A stretch of 64,000 bases of DNA, taken from the NCBI GenBank assembly GCA_046482545.1, contig JAWOEX010000021.1:201971-265970 (forward strand), given 5' to 3'. Positions 20,122 to 30,342 of the stretch are shown here, piece after piece (the first letter of the stretch is position 1; each line of letters opens with the position of its first letter). This stretch comes from Candidatus Thorarchaeota archaeon (GTDB lineage Archaea; Asgardarchaeota; Thorarchaeia; Thorarchaeales; Thorarchaeaceae). The notes under the pieces are model-generated. The model worked only from the letters and a program-made list of their open reading frames with translations, made no database searches and had not been told where the DNA came from. A program made the translations under genes and the position numbers.

Positions 20122-21024
20122 CTATGAATCCTTCAGAAGGGTTTTGATTTTAGAAGTCATCTTCAAAGCATCGTCCCAGTGCCTTTGCCAGATGTTTCGC
20201 CCGAAAATCAAGCCGGTTGCACCATTTTCCATGCATATTCTGGCTTTCTTCAGAATATCCGCATCACTGATTTTACTACCCCCAGAGAAAATAACTAACG
20301 TTTTACCAGCTGACTTCACAACCTTCCTGACCCTCTGTGCATAGTCCAAGTCCATCGAGTCATAAGGTGAAGGCTGGTCTGCCTTCTTCGCAGGGTCTGT
20401 ATCAGGCACATTCAGTTTGACAACATCTGCACCCAGTTCGTTGGCAACTCTAGCTGCATAATCAACCGCATACAGTGAATCCCTTCCGCCCTTCTTTTCT
20501 ATGGCTTTGCCACGGGGATATGACCAGACAATCAACGGCAATCCAAACCGAGTCGCATTCTGTCTCACTTGCCGCAGCTGTCTAAAATCTGCTACTTGAT
20601 TGGGAGAACCTATGTAAAGGGTATAGCCTACAGCGTCTGCACCAATGCGGACAGCATCTTCCACGGATGCTGTAAGTGGTGATAGGGCTTCCTCATCAGA
20701 GGGTATATTCGTTTTGCCATTCAACTTCAGCACGATGGGTATCTTTCCAGCATATTTCCCTGCGTGTTTTTCGGCAAGACCAATGTGAAGAGCAATTCCT
20801 GAGAAGCCACCCTCTATAGCCAATCGAAATTGAAAATCGGGATTAATGCTCTCAGGATTTGTAAACATGTCAATTGGGCCGTGTTCCAAGCCCTGATCTA
20901 TTGGCAGAATCAAAAGCGTGCCATTACCAGGTCCAAATTGGTACATCATGCGACGTAGCCGCGTCTGTTTTCCCATATTAAGATGGTCTAAGTTCATATC
21001 ACTGGAGGTCATTCCGATATTCAC
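20122..21024 (-). CDS. Class I (DhnA-type) fructose-bisphosphate aldolase
   Basis: LPIDQGLEHGP, LKLNGKT, AVGYTLY.GS, WSYPRG, ELGADVVK, FSGG.K and FGRNIWQ motifs. Confidence 0.93.
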   Translation of the reverse strand: MNIGMTSSDMNLDHLNMGKQTRLRRMMYQFGPGNGTLLILPIDQGLEHGPIDMFTNPESINPDFQFRLAIEGGFSGIALHIGLAEKHAGKYAGKIPIVLKLNGKTNIPSDEEALSPLTASVEDAVRIGADAVGYTLYIGSPNQVADFRQLRQVRQNATRFGLPLIVWSYPRGKAIEKKGGRDSLYAVDYAARVANELGADVVKLNVPDTDPAKKADQPSPYDSMDLDYAQRVRKVVKSAGKTLVIFSGGSKISDADILKKARICMENGATGLIFGRNIWQRHWDDALKMTSKIKTLLKDS

Positions 21025-21039
21025 CTGTATTGATAGCCT

Positions 21040-21333
21040 CTATGGGTCCTCAACTGATAAATCATCAGATGAGGTTTCTCCTACAGGCCAAGTGCCTAGA
21101 CGAGATACCCACCAGAAGAGCACTATGCCAGTATTGATGGTAAGCACCCATATTGCAGCCACAAGGAAAAACTGTGCTATGACAACATAAGCTCCTTCCG
21201 GCGGTCTTCCGTACCACAGGTAGGCAAAAAACATGGCTACTTGAATGAGAAGCCCAAGTAGAATCATAATCTGAAAAAATAGAAGTGTCTTCTGCTCAGT
21301 AGCGAACGTTTTGAAGCGACGGCGTATACTCAA
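21040..21333 (-). CDS. Small 2-TM membrane protein
   Basis: Two hydrophobic segments; ends 15 bp upstream of the aldolase gene on the same strand. Confidence 0.6.
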   Translation of the reverse strand: MSIRRRFKTFATEQKTLLFFQIMILLGLLIQVAMFFAYLWYGRPPEGAYVVIAQFFLVAAIWVLTINTGIVLFWWVSRLGTWPVGETSSDDLSVEDP

Positions 21334-21560
21334 GGTCTAAACCCTCTCATTACCATATGCAACCTAAGATTTAGTTCTTTTGTAGGGCCTCAGTAGGAGA
21401 AAATAGCAGCCTTCCAAGTCAACTTCATGAGAAATGTCGCCCCGCTGGAAAATTGGTCATTCTGAATGGGTTGTTATTTCGGAATCCTTATCACAAATCT
21501 TAGGGGAATGTTCGCACCTGAAAATTGACTGTCTTGACATCAGTAGATGTGACCGAAAAA

Positions 21561-22724
21561 ATGACAAAAGTAGCCTATCTAAGCAGCTACCCTCCAAGGG
21601 AATGTGGGATTGCCACCTTTACTGAGGATCTTACTACAAGCATTGATGCCCTCCACACCCTTAGCCCAGCGGCCATTATAGCCATAAATGATGAGAAATC
21701 ATGGTACAGCTATGGTGAAGAAGTGATACTGCAGATAGATGAGGAGGATAAGGAGTCATATATTGAAGCAGCCCATGAGATTAACAACTCTGAATTTGAC
21801 CTCATAAACGTGCAGCACGAGTTTGGACTCTTTGGCGGAGTGTGGGGAAATTATCTCCTGACACTTCTGGATAGCATGGACAAACCGAGTGTCACAACAA
21901 TGCATACTACTCTGTCCCCTGATTCAAAGAGGCTGCACTCACTGGGAGAGGTGGCGATGCATAACAATGTTGTGAGAGGGATAGGAGAGAAGAGCTCTGC
22001 CATTGTTGTAATGACGCACATGGCTGCTAATATATTGCAGAATGAGTATGGAATAGATGCTGATAAAATCAAAGTCATACCACATGGTTGCCCTTCCATG
22101 CCGTTCGTACCTAGTGACCAAGAGAAGAAGGACCTAGGTCTGGAGGGTAGGATTGTACTGTCTACATTTGGTCTCCTGAGTCGAGACAAGGGCATTGAGA
22201 ACACTATCAAGGCGTTGCCAGATCTTGTTAGTGAGTGGCCTGAGATACTTTATCTGATCATCGGAGAAACCCATCCGCAGGTCAGACTCCGCGAGGGCGA
22301 ACAGTACAGAAAACACCTCATGAAACTGGTGAAAAGTCTCGGGTTAAGAGAGAATGTCAGGTTTTACAATCGCTTTCTGAGCAAAGACGAGTTGGTGAAG
22401 TACCTGTTAGCCACTGATGTGTACATCTGTCCCTACAATATGAAGGATCAACTGTCAAGTGGGACTCTCACCTATGCATTGGGAGCAGGAAAAGCCATAG
22501 TTTCTACTCCATTCTACTACGCGCAGGAAATTCTGAGTGAAGGTCGAGGTGTGCTGTGTAAGTTCGGAAGTCCCGATTCTATGACCAAGGGTATTAGGAA
22601 ACTCCTTGATAACCCTAAGGAAAAGGCACGCATCGAGAAAAAGGCATATGATTACAGTCGTTCCATGACGTGGCCGAGAGTTGCCTCCAGTTATGTAGAT
22701 CTTTTCGAGAAGCTAGCCGAGTAA
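21561..22724 (+). CDS. Glycosyltransferase family 4
   Basis: SYPPRECGIATFT, QHEFGLFGG, TFGLLSRDKGIE and SSGTLTYA.GAGKAIVSTP motifs. Confidence 0.92.
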   Translation: MTKVAYLSSYPPRECGIATFTEDLTTSIDALHTLSPAAIIAINDEKSWYSYGEEVILQIDEEDKESYIEAAHEINNSEFDLINVQHEFGLFGGVWGNYLLTLLDSMDKPSVTTMHTTLSPDSKRLHSLGEVAMHNNVVRGIGEKSSAIVVMTHMAANILQNEYGIDADKIKVIPHGCPSMPFVPSDQEKKDLGLEGRIVLSTFGLLSRDKGIENTIKALPDLVSEWPEILYLIIGETHPQVRLREGEQYRKHLMKLVKSLGLRENVRFYNRFLSKDELVKYLLATDVYICPYNMKDQLSSGTLTYALGAGKAIVSTPFYYAQEILSEGRGVLCKFGSPDSMTKGIRKLLDNPKEKARIEKKAYDYSRSMTWPRVASSYVDLFEKLAE

Positions 22725-22747
22725 GTGAGAGGTGGATTCCAATCAAG

Positions 22748-23782
22748 TTGCCGTCAATCAATCTTAGTTGGCTTGAATCTCTGACCGACGACACGGGCAT
22801 TCTCCAACACGCTAAGTTTTCTATTGCCAATCGAAAGGAGGGGTACACAACTGATGACAATGCCCGCGCTCTTGTGGCAGTGCTCAAGCACTACGATCTG
22901 GAGGGAAAGAAGTCAGTGCTTCAGTTTGCTGAGAGCTATCTCAGTTTCCTTCTCTATATGCAAAGGGACGATGGAAATTTTCACAACTTCCTAGGATACA
23001 ATAGAAGCTTTCTTGATGACATGGGATCACACGACTCACTTGGTCGAGTGCTTTGGGCGACTGGTTATACTCAAAATATCAACACTTCGGATGACTTCAG
23101 ATCAGCAGCAAAAGAGATATTTGATAAAGCCCTAGTCTGGGCATTGAAGTCGGATTCCCCCCGTACTCAGGCTTTTGCCATTTTAGGATTACATCACTAT
23201 GCGAAAGCATTCCCAAAGGACGAGAATCCCCCGTTGAACATTAGCATCCTAGCTGACCAACTCTGTGAGAGGTATAGACGAGAGTCCAAGGACAGCTGGT
23301 GCTGGTTTGAGTCATATCTCACCTATGCCAATCCACGCCTTCCCCAAGCACTCTTCATGGCGTATCAGACAACAGAAAAGGAGGAGTATCTCACTATAGC
23401 CAAGAAGACACTGGACTTTCTTGCTGAGATGGATATCGTCCAGGGACTGTTCCAGCCTGTGGGAAATCGGGTATGGCATGTGAGAGGTCAGGAGCGAGAG
23501 ATCTATGACCAACAGCCTATCGAAGCCTCATGCATGGTTGAAGCAGCAATTACAGCCTTCCGTGTAACTCGTCAGGAAAGGTATCTTGAGATGGCCCATA
23601 CAGCATTTGATTGGTTCATGGGCAGAAACTCAAAGGGAGTGATGGTCTATAATCCAACCACTGGCGGTTGTTATGATGGAATCACGCCTGAAGGGGTCAA
23701 CAGAAATCAGGGAGCAGAAGCAGGTCTTTCATTCCTATTAGCTCGTCTTGAGATGGAGACCCTGAGCAAAAGAACCCACTAG
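22748..23782 (+). CDS. Six-hairpin glycosidase-like protein (domain often fused C-terminally to this GT4 type); start uncertain
   Basis: LTDDTGILQHA, GYTTDDNARAL, LTYAN.RLP, YDQQPIEA and GGCYDG...VNRNQGAE motifs. Confidence 0.85.
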   Translation: MPSINLSWLESLTDDTGILQHAKFSIANRKEGYTTDDNARALVAVLKHYDLEGKKSVLQFAESYLSFLLYMQRDDGNFHNFLGYNRSFLDDMGSHDSLGRVLWATGYTQNINTSDDFRSAAKEIFDKALVWALKSDSPRTQAFAILGLHHYAKAFPKDENPPLNISILADQLCERYRRESKDSWCWFESYLTYANPRLPQALFMAYQTTEKEEYLTIAKKTLDFLAEMDIVQGLFQPVGNRVWHVRGQEREIYDQQPIEASCMVEAAITAFRVTRQERYLEMAHTAFDWFMGRNSKGVMVYNPTTGGCYDGITPEGVNRNQGAEAGLSFLLARLEMETLSKRTH

Positions 23783-23807
23783 TTCTGTCTAGAAAGTCAG
23801 TGGAAAT

Positions 23808-24692
23808 TCAAGGCAGTAGTTCACTAAGGTCATACTCAACACCGCACACCACTGTGTCTGCCCCACCATAGTAGACTAAAAGTTTGTCGTCAAGCAAAAC
23901 ACTCCCACAGCTGAACACAACGTTGGGTACTTTACCATATCGTTCATAGCTCTCCTTAGGCTCCAGTATTGGCTCCTCTGAGCGATAGAGAATGTCCTCA
24001 GGATTATTCTTGTTAATCAGAAGAACGCCAAGTCGATAGACATAGTTGTAGTCTACACCATGATATATGAAAAGCCAGCCCTCGTTAATCTCAATGGGGG
24101 GCCCCGCGGATCCCACTTTCAGGCTGTCCCAACTATCAGGTCGTGGGTGTATCACTGCCCTCATATCACACCATTGTTTCAGGTCGTTAGAGTATGCCAC
24201 ACACAGGTCGGGTTCGATACGATGATACATCACGTATCTGCCGTTAATTTTTCTGGGAAAAATCACCGCATTCTTGTTGTGGATGCCCTCAAAGGGTAAC
24301 CTTCTCTCACCCCAGTTCCAGTTATGGGATAGGAAGTCCTCAAGAGAGATTTGGGTCAGAGAAACTTGAAACGCGTTCATTGGGGTGTTTCGGTAGGCAG
24401 TGTAAGTCATCAGACACTTTCCATCCATCAGAGTGAGTCTTGGATCCTCACATCCCAGGTTCTCACGGATGTTGTCTGGTGAGAAGACTGGTTCAGAATG
24501 TCTCTCATCGATTGTGTATCCGTCTGAAGAGCTTGCATATCCAAGGCGTGAGATTCGGTCATCACCCATTGCACGGTAGAGAAGATGAACCCTATCACCA
24601 GCATAGAGGGCAGCAGAGTTGAACACCTCTCGAGTTTCCCAGTAGTGACCGGCAATTGGCTCTAGGATTGGATTGTTCTTGAAGCGCTTCAT
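23808..24692 (-). CDS. GH130-family glycosidase/phosphorylase
   Basis: NPIL.P, VFN, LLYRA, GCEDPR, KN...FP.KING.Y.M.HR, YHGV, NVVFSCG and YYGGAD motifs. Confidence 0.92.
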   Translation of the reverse strand: MKRFKNNPILEPIAGHYWETREVFNSAALYAGDRVHLLYRAMGDDRISRLGYASSSDGYTIDERHSEPVFSPDNIRENLGCEDPRLTLMDGKCLMTYTAYRNTPMNAFQVSLTQISLEDFLSHNWNWGERRLPFEGIHNKNAVIFPRKINGRYVMYHRIEPDLCVAYSNDLKQWCDMRAVIHPRPDSWDSLKVGSAGPPIEINEGWLFIYHGVDYNYVYRLGVLLINKNNPEDILYRSEEPILEPKESYERYGKVPNVVFSCGSVLLDDKLLVYYGGADTVVCGVEYDLSELLP

Positions 24693-24722
24693 ATATCTGT
24701 CTCCGGGTGTTATCGTGGTTTT

Positions 24723-25112
24723 CTAGGCTGTATGCGTGTGATTGGCAAAGAGCTCAGCCAAGATTTCTCGGAGGCTCAGTAGACCCATTATCCGTCCTTG
24801 TTCATCAACTACTGGTAGATGTCGTATATGATATGTGTCCATGATTCTCTTGGCCTTCGAGAATGTGGCATCTAATGGGACTGTCTTAAGATTTCTTGTC
24901 ATGACCTTCTTAAGAGGCGTATCTAGAGGAACATCGGTCGCCACAACACGAATAGCGTCTCGCTCTGTGAATATGCCCTCACACCTAGAGTCCTCATCTA
25001 TCACTATCACGGAGCCTATGTGTCTGTTATATAGGTTATCTATTGCCTCTTTGATAGATGTGTCCCCTTGTACAGTAACGACATCTTCAATCATTATTCC
25101 TTGGACTTTCAA
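24723..25112 (-). CDS. CBS-domain pair protein
   Basis: GIFTERD, VMT and IRHLPVVD..G.I.GLLS motifs. Confidence 0.9.
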   Translation of the reverse strand: MKVQGIMIEDVVTVQGDTSIKEAIDNLYNRHIGSVIVIDEDSRCEGIFTERDAIRVVATDVPLDTPLKKVMTRNLKTVPLDATFSKAKRIMDTYHIRHLPVVDEQGRIMGLLSLREILAELFANHTHTA

Positions 25113-25613
25113 TAAGGTGCTCCCCGGTACTATAGAGTCTGTAGTTTGGACTATATAAGTGAATGTAAGTGCTCACATCTGTAAGAACTATTGTTATGCA
25201 TCATAAGATCAACATGGACCATGACTGATAGACGACTTGTCCGTAGTCCACTTTGGATGTCTTGCAGGGACAATTTTCTTGTGGTTCGGGTTTCATCACT
25301 GTGTTATGCCTCGAACCTTTCTAAACCAGAAGTTTCTTTCTCCATTGACAGAACTCCTCAGAATATCACCAGTTGGATTTCAATGTCAGCAGCTCCGTGT
25401 TCTGGTGTAAGTCGCAAGAATGTATTCATTCTCTCATCAGGCATAATCAATGTTATCACGGTCTACGACACGTCACAGCGGCTTTCCACAGCCCACAATT
25501 TAGTTCTCTTGTTAAGTCACAGGAGCGAATTGTTGAGTTTTTGGGTTCAATATCCGGAGCAATTATCCTCTATCGTAAATATACATGGTTTACTCTACTC
25601 TCTCCAATTACGT

Positions 25614-26636
25614 TCATCTCTTTGCAGATTGTGCCCATTCATTATGGTAAGCTTTGAAAAAAACAGGAATTACTTGTGGAACAGCTAGAATTGCTTTGAG
25701 AGCCTGATGGCCTATTCTGTAGGCGATTGACTCATTGCTAGGAAGAATCAAATCAGCCAATTTCCCGCCTCTGAAAAAGTAAGTTTGCCCAGGAATAAAC
25801 CTACCTTCGAATATTGGCGCGGCGAAAATCTCCGTTAGTCTAAGGATAAATTTCCGAAGTAATGGCATCCGTAATCGACGCGTGAGTCGGCGAGCTCTCA
25901 ACAACAACTGTAGTATTTTCTTCGCTTTGTATGTCAAATAACCTCTGTCAATGGCTTCTTTCACAAATCGTTTGTCCGTTGAATCCAAATCGATATCGAG
26001 AGCTCGCATCTCCTCTTGGGTGATGTTGATGTACCCAGCTTCCTGGTCGATAAGGATGTCAAGCATATCATCAAGCATGCCAAGACCCATCCCCAGTAAA
26101 TAGGAGAAATCATCAAGATAGCCGCCCAAGTCTAACCGACCAAGGATGAAATACAACTGGAAGAAGCTTCTGGCTTTCTTATAGAGCAGTCGGTCCATTT
26201 CATGCTGTGACAGAATCTCATTTCGGCGTCTTACGTCGCTCCAAGCACTATCATACAGGTCTCGAACTGCAGGAAGGGCTCGTCCTGCATAATATCTGCG
26301 CTCATTATCAAAGAACTGGGCAAGCCAAAGATGACGTGTAGCTGATTTCTGATTTACTCTCAGTTCACCTTCAAAGCCTCTCTCTACCACCGACTGCTCA
26401 TTCTCTAATAGATGTACAGCCTGTGTCTTGTTGACTGAAGGAGAATCTAATATGTCATCAAATCGCCGGATATACCCCCAAGCTAGGGACCACGTCTCTG
26501 AACCAAGTGGTTTGGGCAATAGCTGTGAAGCGTATGTCAAAAAGTCTCTCTTGCGCAAATAGTGTCTTGCAGAATTGACTGTAACAAGATAGCTGTTCGA
26601 TCCCCTTTTTACAGGAGCAGCAATAGAAGACTCCAT
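25614..26636 (-). CDS. Class I isoprenoid synthase-fold protein (squalene/phytoene synthase-like)
   Basis: Two Asp-rich motifs: YIRRFDDILD and DDMLDILIDQEAGYINI. Confidence 0.65.
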   Translation of the reverse strand: MESSIAAPVKRGSNSYLVTVNSARHYLRKRDFLTYASQLLPKPLGSETWSLAWGYIRRFDDILDSPSVNKTQAVHLLENEQSVVERGFEGELRVNQKSATRHLWLAQFFDNERRYYAGRALPAVRDLYDSAWSDVRRRNEILSQHEMDRLLYKKARSFFQLYFILGRLDLGGYLDDFSYLLGMGLGMLDDMLDILIDQEAGYINITQEEMRALDIDLDSTDKRFVKEAIDRGYLTYKAKKILQLLLRARRLTRRLRMPLLRKFILRLTEIFAAPIFEGRFIPGQTYFFRGGKLADLILPSNESIAYRIGHQALKAILAVPQVIPVFFKAYHNEWAQSAKR

Positions 26637-26730
26637 AATAACCAGCTTCCCAACAAAGCCATATGTTAGTTTCGCAATGTGCTAAGTGGGTAATCCGGTC
26701 CAAACACCCAAAATTGGAGTGTGTTACACT

Positions 26731-27561
26731 ATGACAGACAAAAAAGTCTCTGCTGAAAGACCCGAGACAGTTGAACGAGAGCAGTATCATCTTGAAGTAA
26801 AGGATGGAGATGTGGCTTCCAGTGTGATACTACCAGGCGATCCTGGAAGGGTAAATAGGATTAGCAGCTTCTGGGATAGTTACGAACAGAAGGGAGCCCA
26901 TAGGCAATTTGTGACACATACAGGCGAATACAAGGGCATTGAAATATCCGCCTGTTCGACGGGAATAGGTGGACCTGGAACAGCTATTGCAGTTGAGGAA
27001 CTTGCTAATGTGGGAGCCAGAGATTTCCTCCGAGTAGGATCAACCGCTACAATTCAGGAAGATATTGAAATTGGTGATATAATCATATCAACAGGTGCAG
27101 TCCGCCTAGAAGGAACCAGCGACCAGTACATCCGCGAAGAGTATCCAGCTTCGCCCTCGTACGAAATGGTGCTAGCAGCTGTCACAGCCGCGGAATCACT
27201 CGATGTGAACTATCATCTAGGCATATCCGCTTCGACCGACTCATTCTATCTTGGTCAATCTAGACCAGGCTTTGGTGGCTACAAGCAGGATTACAGCGAA
27301 GCTTTGATTGGAGAATTGCAGAGAGCAAACGTGGTGAATTTCGAGATGGAAGCAGCCACCTTGTTCACACTAGGGAATCTCTACGGATTTAGAACGAGTG
27401 CCATATGTGCAGTCTATGCGAACAGAGTGAAAGATGAATTTCGCGTGGAGGGAGAGGAAAATGCGATTCGCTGCGGCAATGAGACCATACGAATCTTGGC
27501 TGAAATGGATGAGGAGAAGAGAAAATCAGGCAATGCGTACTGGCATCGAGAGTTAGCCTGA
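26731..27561 (+). CDS. udp: Uridine/nucleoside phosphorylase
   Basis: QYHL, LPGDPGRV, STGIGGP, RVGS, RLEGTS, DSFY.GQ.R and FEME motifs. Confidence 0.92.
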   Translation: MTDKKVSAERPETVEREQYHLEVKDGDVASSVILPGDPGRVNRISSFWDSYEQKGAHRQFVTHTGEYKGIEISACSTGIGGPGTAIAVEELANVGARDFLRVGSTATIQEDIEIGDIIISTGAVRLEGTSDQYIREEYPASPSYEMVLAAVTAAESLDVNYHLGISASTDSFYLGQSRPGFGGYKQDYSEALIGELQRANVVNFEMEAATLFTLGNLYGFRTSAICAVYANRVKDEFRVEGEENAIRCGNETIRILAEMDEEKRKSGNAYWHRELA

Positions 27562-27569
27562 ATACGGAA

Positions 27570-29396
27570 CTACGAGGAGGAGCCCCAGTAGTCTCCTTCC
27601 GCCTTCTGTTTCTGATCCATCTGGGAACCCTCTTTGTTAACTCTGGGTCGTCCGGTCTGGGGGTCTCGCCTGAAGGTCACACCCATCTCTTTCAAGAAAG
27701 AATTCATTCCCTGTTTCACAGTTATCACCTTTGATGCGTAACCGTGTTTGCCGGGTATGCCGTCGAAGTGAATCATGGAATCACTCAAATAATCAGCCAT
27801 GAGAATTGAGTGTTCGACTACAAATGATGTTTTCATATTGTTGCGGATGATACGTCCAATTGCACGAGCAGAGGCAAGTCGTTGCTCGACATCAAGAAAA
27901 GCAGATGGTTCGTCCAATAAGTAAATATCTGCATCTCGGGCCAAACAGCCAGCAATAGCCACACGTTGTAGTTCACCCCCACTCAAATCGGGTACATAGT
28001 TGTCAAGCAGATGCTCCAGGCCCATATTTTTTATCACCGTTGTTTTGAATTGTGAAGTGGCCTCTCTACCTTCACCTACCTTTCTCAGATACATTCTGAC
28101 GGTGCCCTCATAATCCGCACTAATATACTGGGGTTTGTAGCTTACCTGCAACTCCATACCGGTTATTGTGGTTTTAGGGGCTTCGCCTTCGTCCGGTTCC
28201 AATACTCCTGCTAGCATCTCGACGAATGTTGTCTTTCCTATACCGTTTGGACCCAAAATGCCAATAATTTGACCTTTCGCTACCTCCCCAGCTTGAACTT
28301 CCAAGGTGAAATCTTCGAACTCCTTTATCATATTATCATAGCGAATGAATGATTGAGCTCCTTTGAACTCTGTATCATCTGCAGACATTCCTTTGAAAGA
28401 TATGGATGTGTCCCTGAAGCGCATATTCTCGTCAGGTATGTATCCGTCTAGGAAGATGTTGATGCCGGTTCTCGTTCCATGTGGGTGGCTGACGATACCA
28501 TAGGCACCGGGATCACCGTACAGCATGCAAATCAAATCGGATACGTAATCTAGAATAGACAAGTCGTGTTCAACGACCACAACTGTTTTTCCCAAGTCCG
28601 ACAGACTGCGTATCGCTCTGGCAATTCGAAGGCGTTCTCGAACATCCAGGTAGGCAGTCGGTTCGTCAAAGAAGTAGATATCACCATCTCGAACAATCGC
28701 TGCAGTGACGGCAACACGTTGTAGCTCACCACCGCTCAGGTTCCCAACATTTCTATCCCAGATGTCTTCAAGATTGAGTTCCTTTTTCATTTCGGATAGC
28801 CTACCGGAACTATCCGATGACTCTAGAAGGTCACTAATGGGTTTTCCAGCTATCGACTCGAGTTCTGATAAACCGGTTATGTTCTGTGGTTTATGGATAG
28901 GTACAATGGAACCCTCTTGGATCTTCTCAAAGAATGGTTGCAATTCTGAACCTCTGAACTCGCGGATAATTTCATCCCAATCGGGGGCGTTCTCAAAACG
29001 GCCAAGGTTGGGTTTGATTTCTCCTGCTAAGATGCGAATAGCTGTGGTCTTACCAACGCCGTTGGGCCCAATCAGACCTAGGACTTGTGATTCCGTTGGA
29101 ATCGGGAGCCGAAACAACTTGAAAGCATTCACACCATAACGATGACTGGTATCGGTATCGAGTTCCTCCGGCAGATTGATGATTTTGATGACTGCACCAT
29201 GATGGTTGTATGGGCACTTCTTGACACACATACCGCAGCCTGAACAAAGCTCTTCGACTATGGTCGGTGGCTCGTCCTGTCCGTCTGGAAAAATAACAGC
29301 ATCAACTCCAGTTCTCACTTGTGGGCAGAAACGACGACATTCGTGCGTACAGTCATCTGGCCTACAGGCGTCCTTGTTCAAAATCGCAATCCGCAC
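27570..29396 (-). CDS. rli: Ribosome recycling ATPase ABCE1/RLI
   Basis: N-terminal Fe-S cysteines, two ABC domains (GPNGVGKT, GPNGIGKT, LSGGELQR twice) and TFRRD...RPRVNK. Confidence 0.97.
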   Translation of the reverse strand: MRIAILNKDACRPDDCTHECRRFCPQVRTGVDAVIFPDGQDEPPTIVEELCSGCGMCVKKCPYNHHGAVIKIINLPEELDTDTSHRYGVNAFKLFRLPIPTESQVLGLIGPNGVGKTTAIRILAGEIKPNLGRFENAPDWDEIIREFRGSELQPFFEKIQEGSIVPIHKPQNITGLSELESIAGKPISDLLESSDSSGRLSEMKKELNLEDIWDRNVGNLSGGELQRVAVTAAIVRDGDIYFFDEPTAYLDVRERLRIARAIRSLSDLGKTVVVVEHDLSILDYVSDLICMLYGDPGAYGIVSHPHGTRTGINIFLDGYIPDENMRFRDTSISFKGMSADDTEFKGAQSFIRYDNMIKEFEDFTLEVQAGEVAKGQIIGILGPNGIGKTTFVEMLAGVLEPDEGEAPKTTITGMELQVSYKPQYISADYEGTVRMYLRKVGEGREATSQFKTTVIKNMGLEHLLDNYVPDLSGGELQRVAIAGCLARDADIYLLDEPSAFLDVEQRLASARAIGRIIRNNMKTSFVVEHSILMADYLSDSMIHFDGIPGKHGYASKVITVKQGMNSFLKEMGVTFRRDPQTGRPRVNKEGSQMDQKQKAEGDYWGSSS

Positions 29397-29558
29397 TCTT
29401 TACAGCTCCACTATTGTGCAAGATTCGCTTCGTTACAGTGTATTTAGCGCTTTGGCTACATATGGTCCATTTTCTGAATTGTAGTGAAAGTGTATCTGAA
29501 TCATGACATGTGCAATCTTGCAAAGCCTTTTGAGGAGTGTTCACACCCATAACCATAG

Positions 29559-29795
29559 ATGAGAATGAATATTCTGAATCGGCTTCTTGAGATATTCAGC
29601 ATCAACAAGACATTGGGCGCTCAACCCTCGGAGTCGATGGATCTTCTAAAGCAAGTTAGAGTAGTCCGGGCAAGAGCATTCCAGAAGATAACAGGCAAGA
29701 AGCTGCGTACTATGGATTCGCTTGATGTTCAAAGTGAATCAGAAAACTTAGGGGAGAGTAGCAGAATATCTCTGCTTAGGAGACTAAGAAGATAG
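29559..29795 (+). CDS. Small basic hypothetical protein
   Basis: 78-aa ORF filling the intergenic gap; no motif recognised. Confidence 0.45.
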   Translation: MRMNILNRLLEIFSINKTLGAQPSESMDLLKQVRVVRARAFQKITGKKLRTMDSLDVQSESENLGESSRISLLRRLRR

Positions 29796-29934
29796 TCAAC
29801 AGTAAGATGTTTCGTTCATCCCGACAGTACCTATAATTTTGTTATCAGCTGTACTATTTCTTTCTTAGAGTTATGTAGAATGGCATACCACGACACTAAT
29901 AGCCAGCAGGTGGAAAAAACAAGGGGCGATCAAT

Positions 29935-30342
29935 CTGCCACCGTTTGAATGCAACCACAATGGGGAGTGCGATGAAGTACGCATCTGTTGTACAGAAACA
30001 GAGATGACACTAACAAAGAAGGACATCAACAGAATTAACTCTCTTGGGTACTCTCGCGATGAATATGCCAGAAAAGCCCCGGATGGTTTCATCGAACTGA
30101 AAAATGTCGGTGGTTACTGCTATTTCTATGAAAAGGAATCTCATTCGTGCAAAATCTATGATTCGAGACCCGAAGGATGCCGATACTATCCCATTGTCTA
30201 TGACTTGCGTCTTGGGACCTGTGTAGCGGATAGAGATTGCCCTTCAGCGGAAACAGTTACGAAAGAAGATATCAGGCGGGTATGTCCAAAGGTGAAAAAC
30301 TTGATACAACAACTAAGAATGGAGGCTATCTATGATTCATAG
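29935..30342 (+). CDS. YkgJ/CxxCxxCC (UPF0153) cysteine-cluster protein, probable CTG start
   Basis: In-frame FECNHNGECDEVRICC lies upstream of ATG 30004; CYFY, CKIYDSRPEGCRYYP and a later CP follow. Confidence 0.8.
   Translation: MPPFECNHNGECDEVRICCTETEMTLTKKDINRINSLGYSRDEYARKAPDGFIELKNVGGYCYFYEKESHSCKIYDSRPEGCRYYPIVYDLRLGTCVADRDCPSAETVTKEDIRRVCPKVKNLIQQLRMEAIYDS

Noticed and set aside
25191-25688. ORFs 25191..25688 and 25373..25657
   Set aside because: Atypical composition and overlap with the 25614 gene end; more likely non-coding or decayed sequence.
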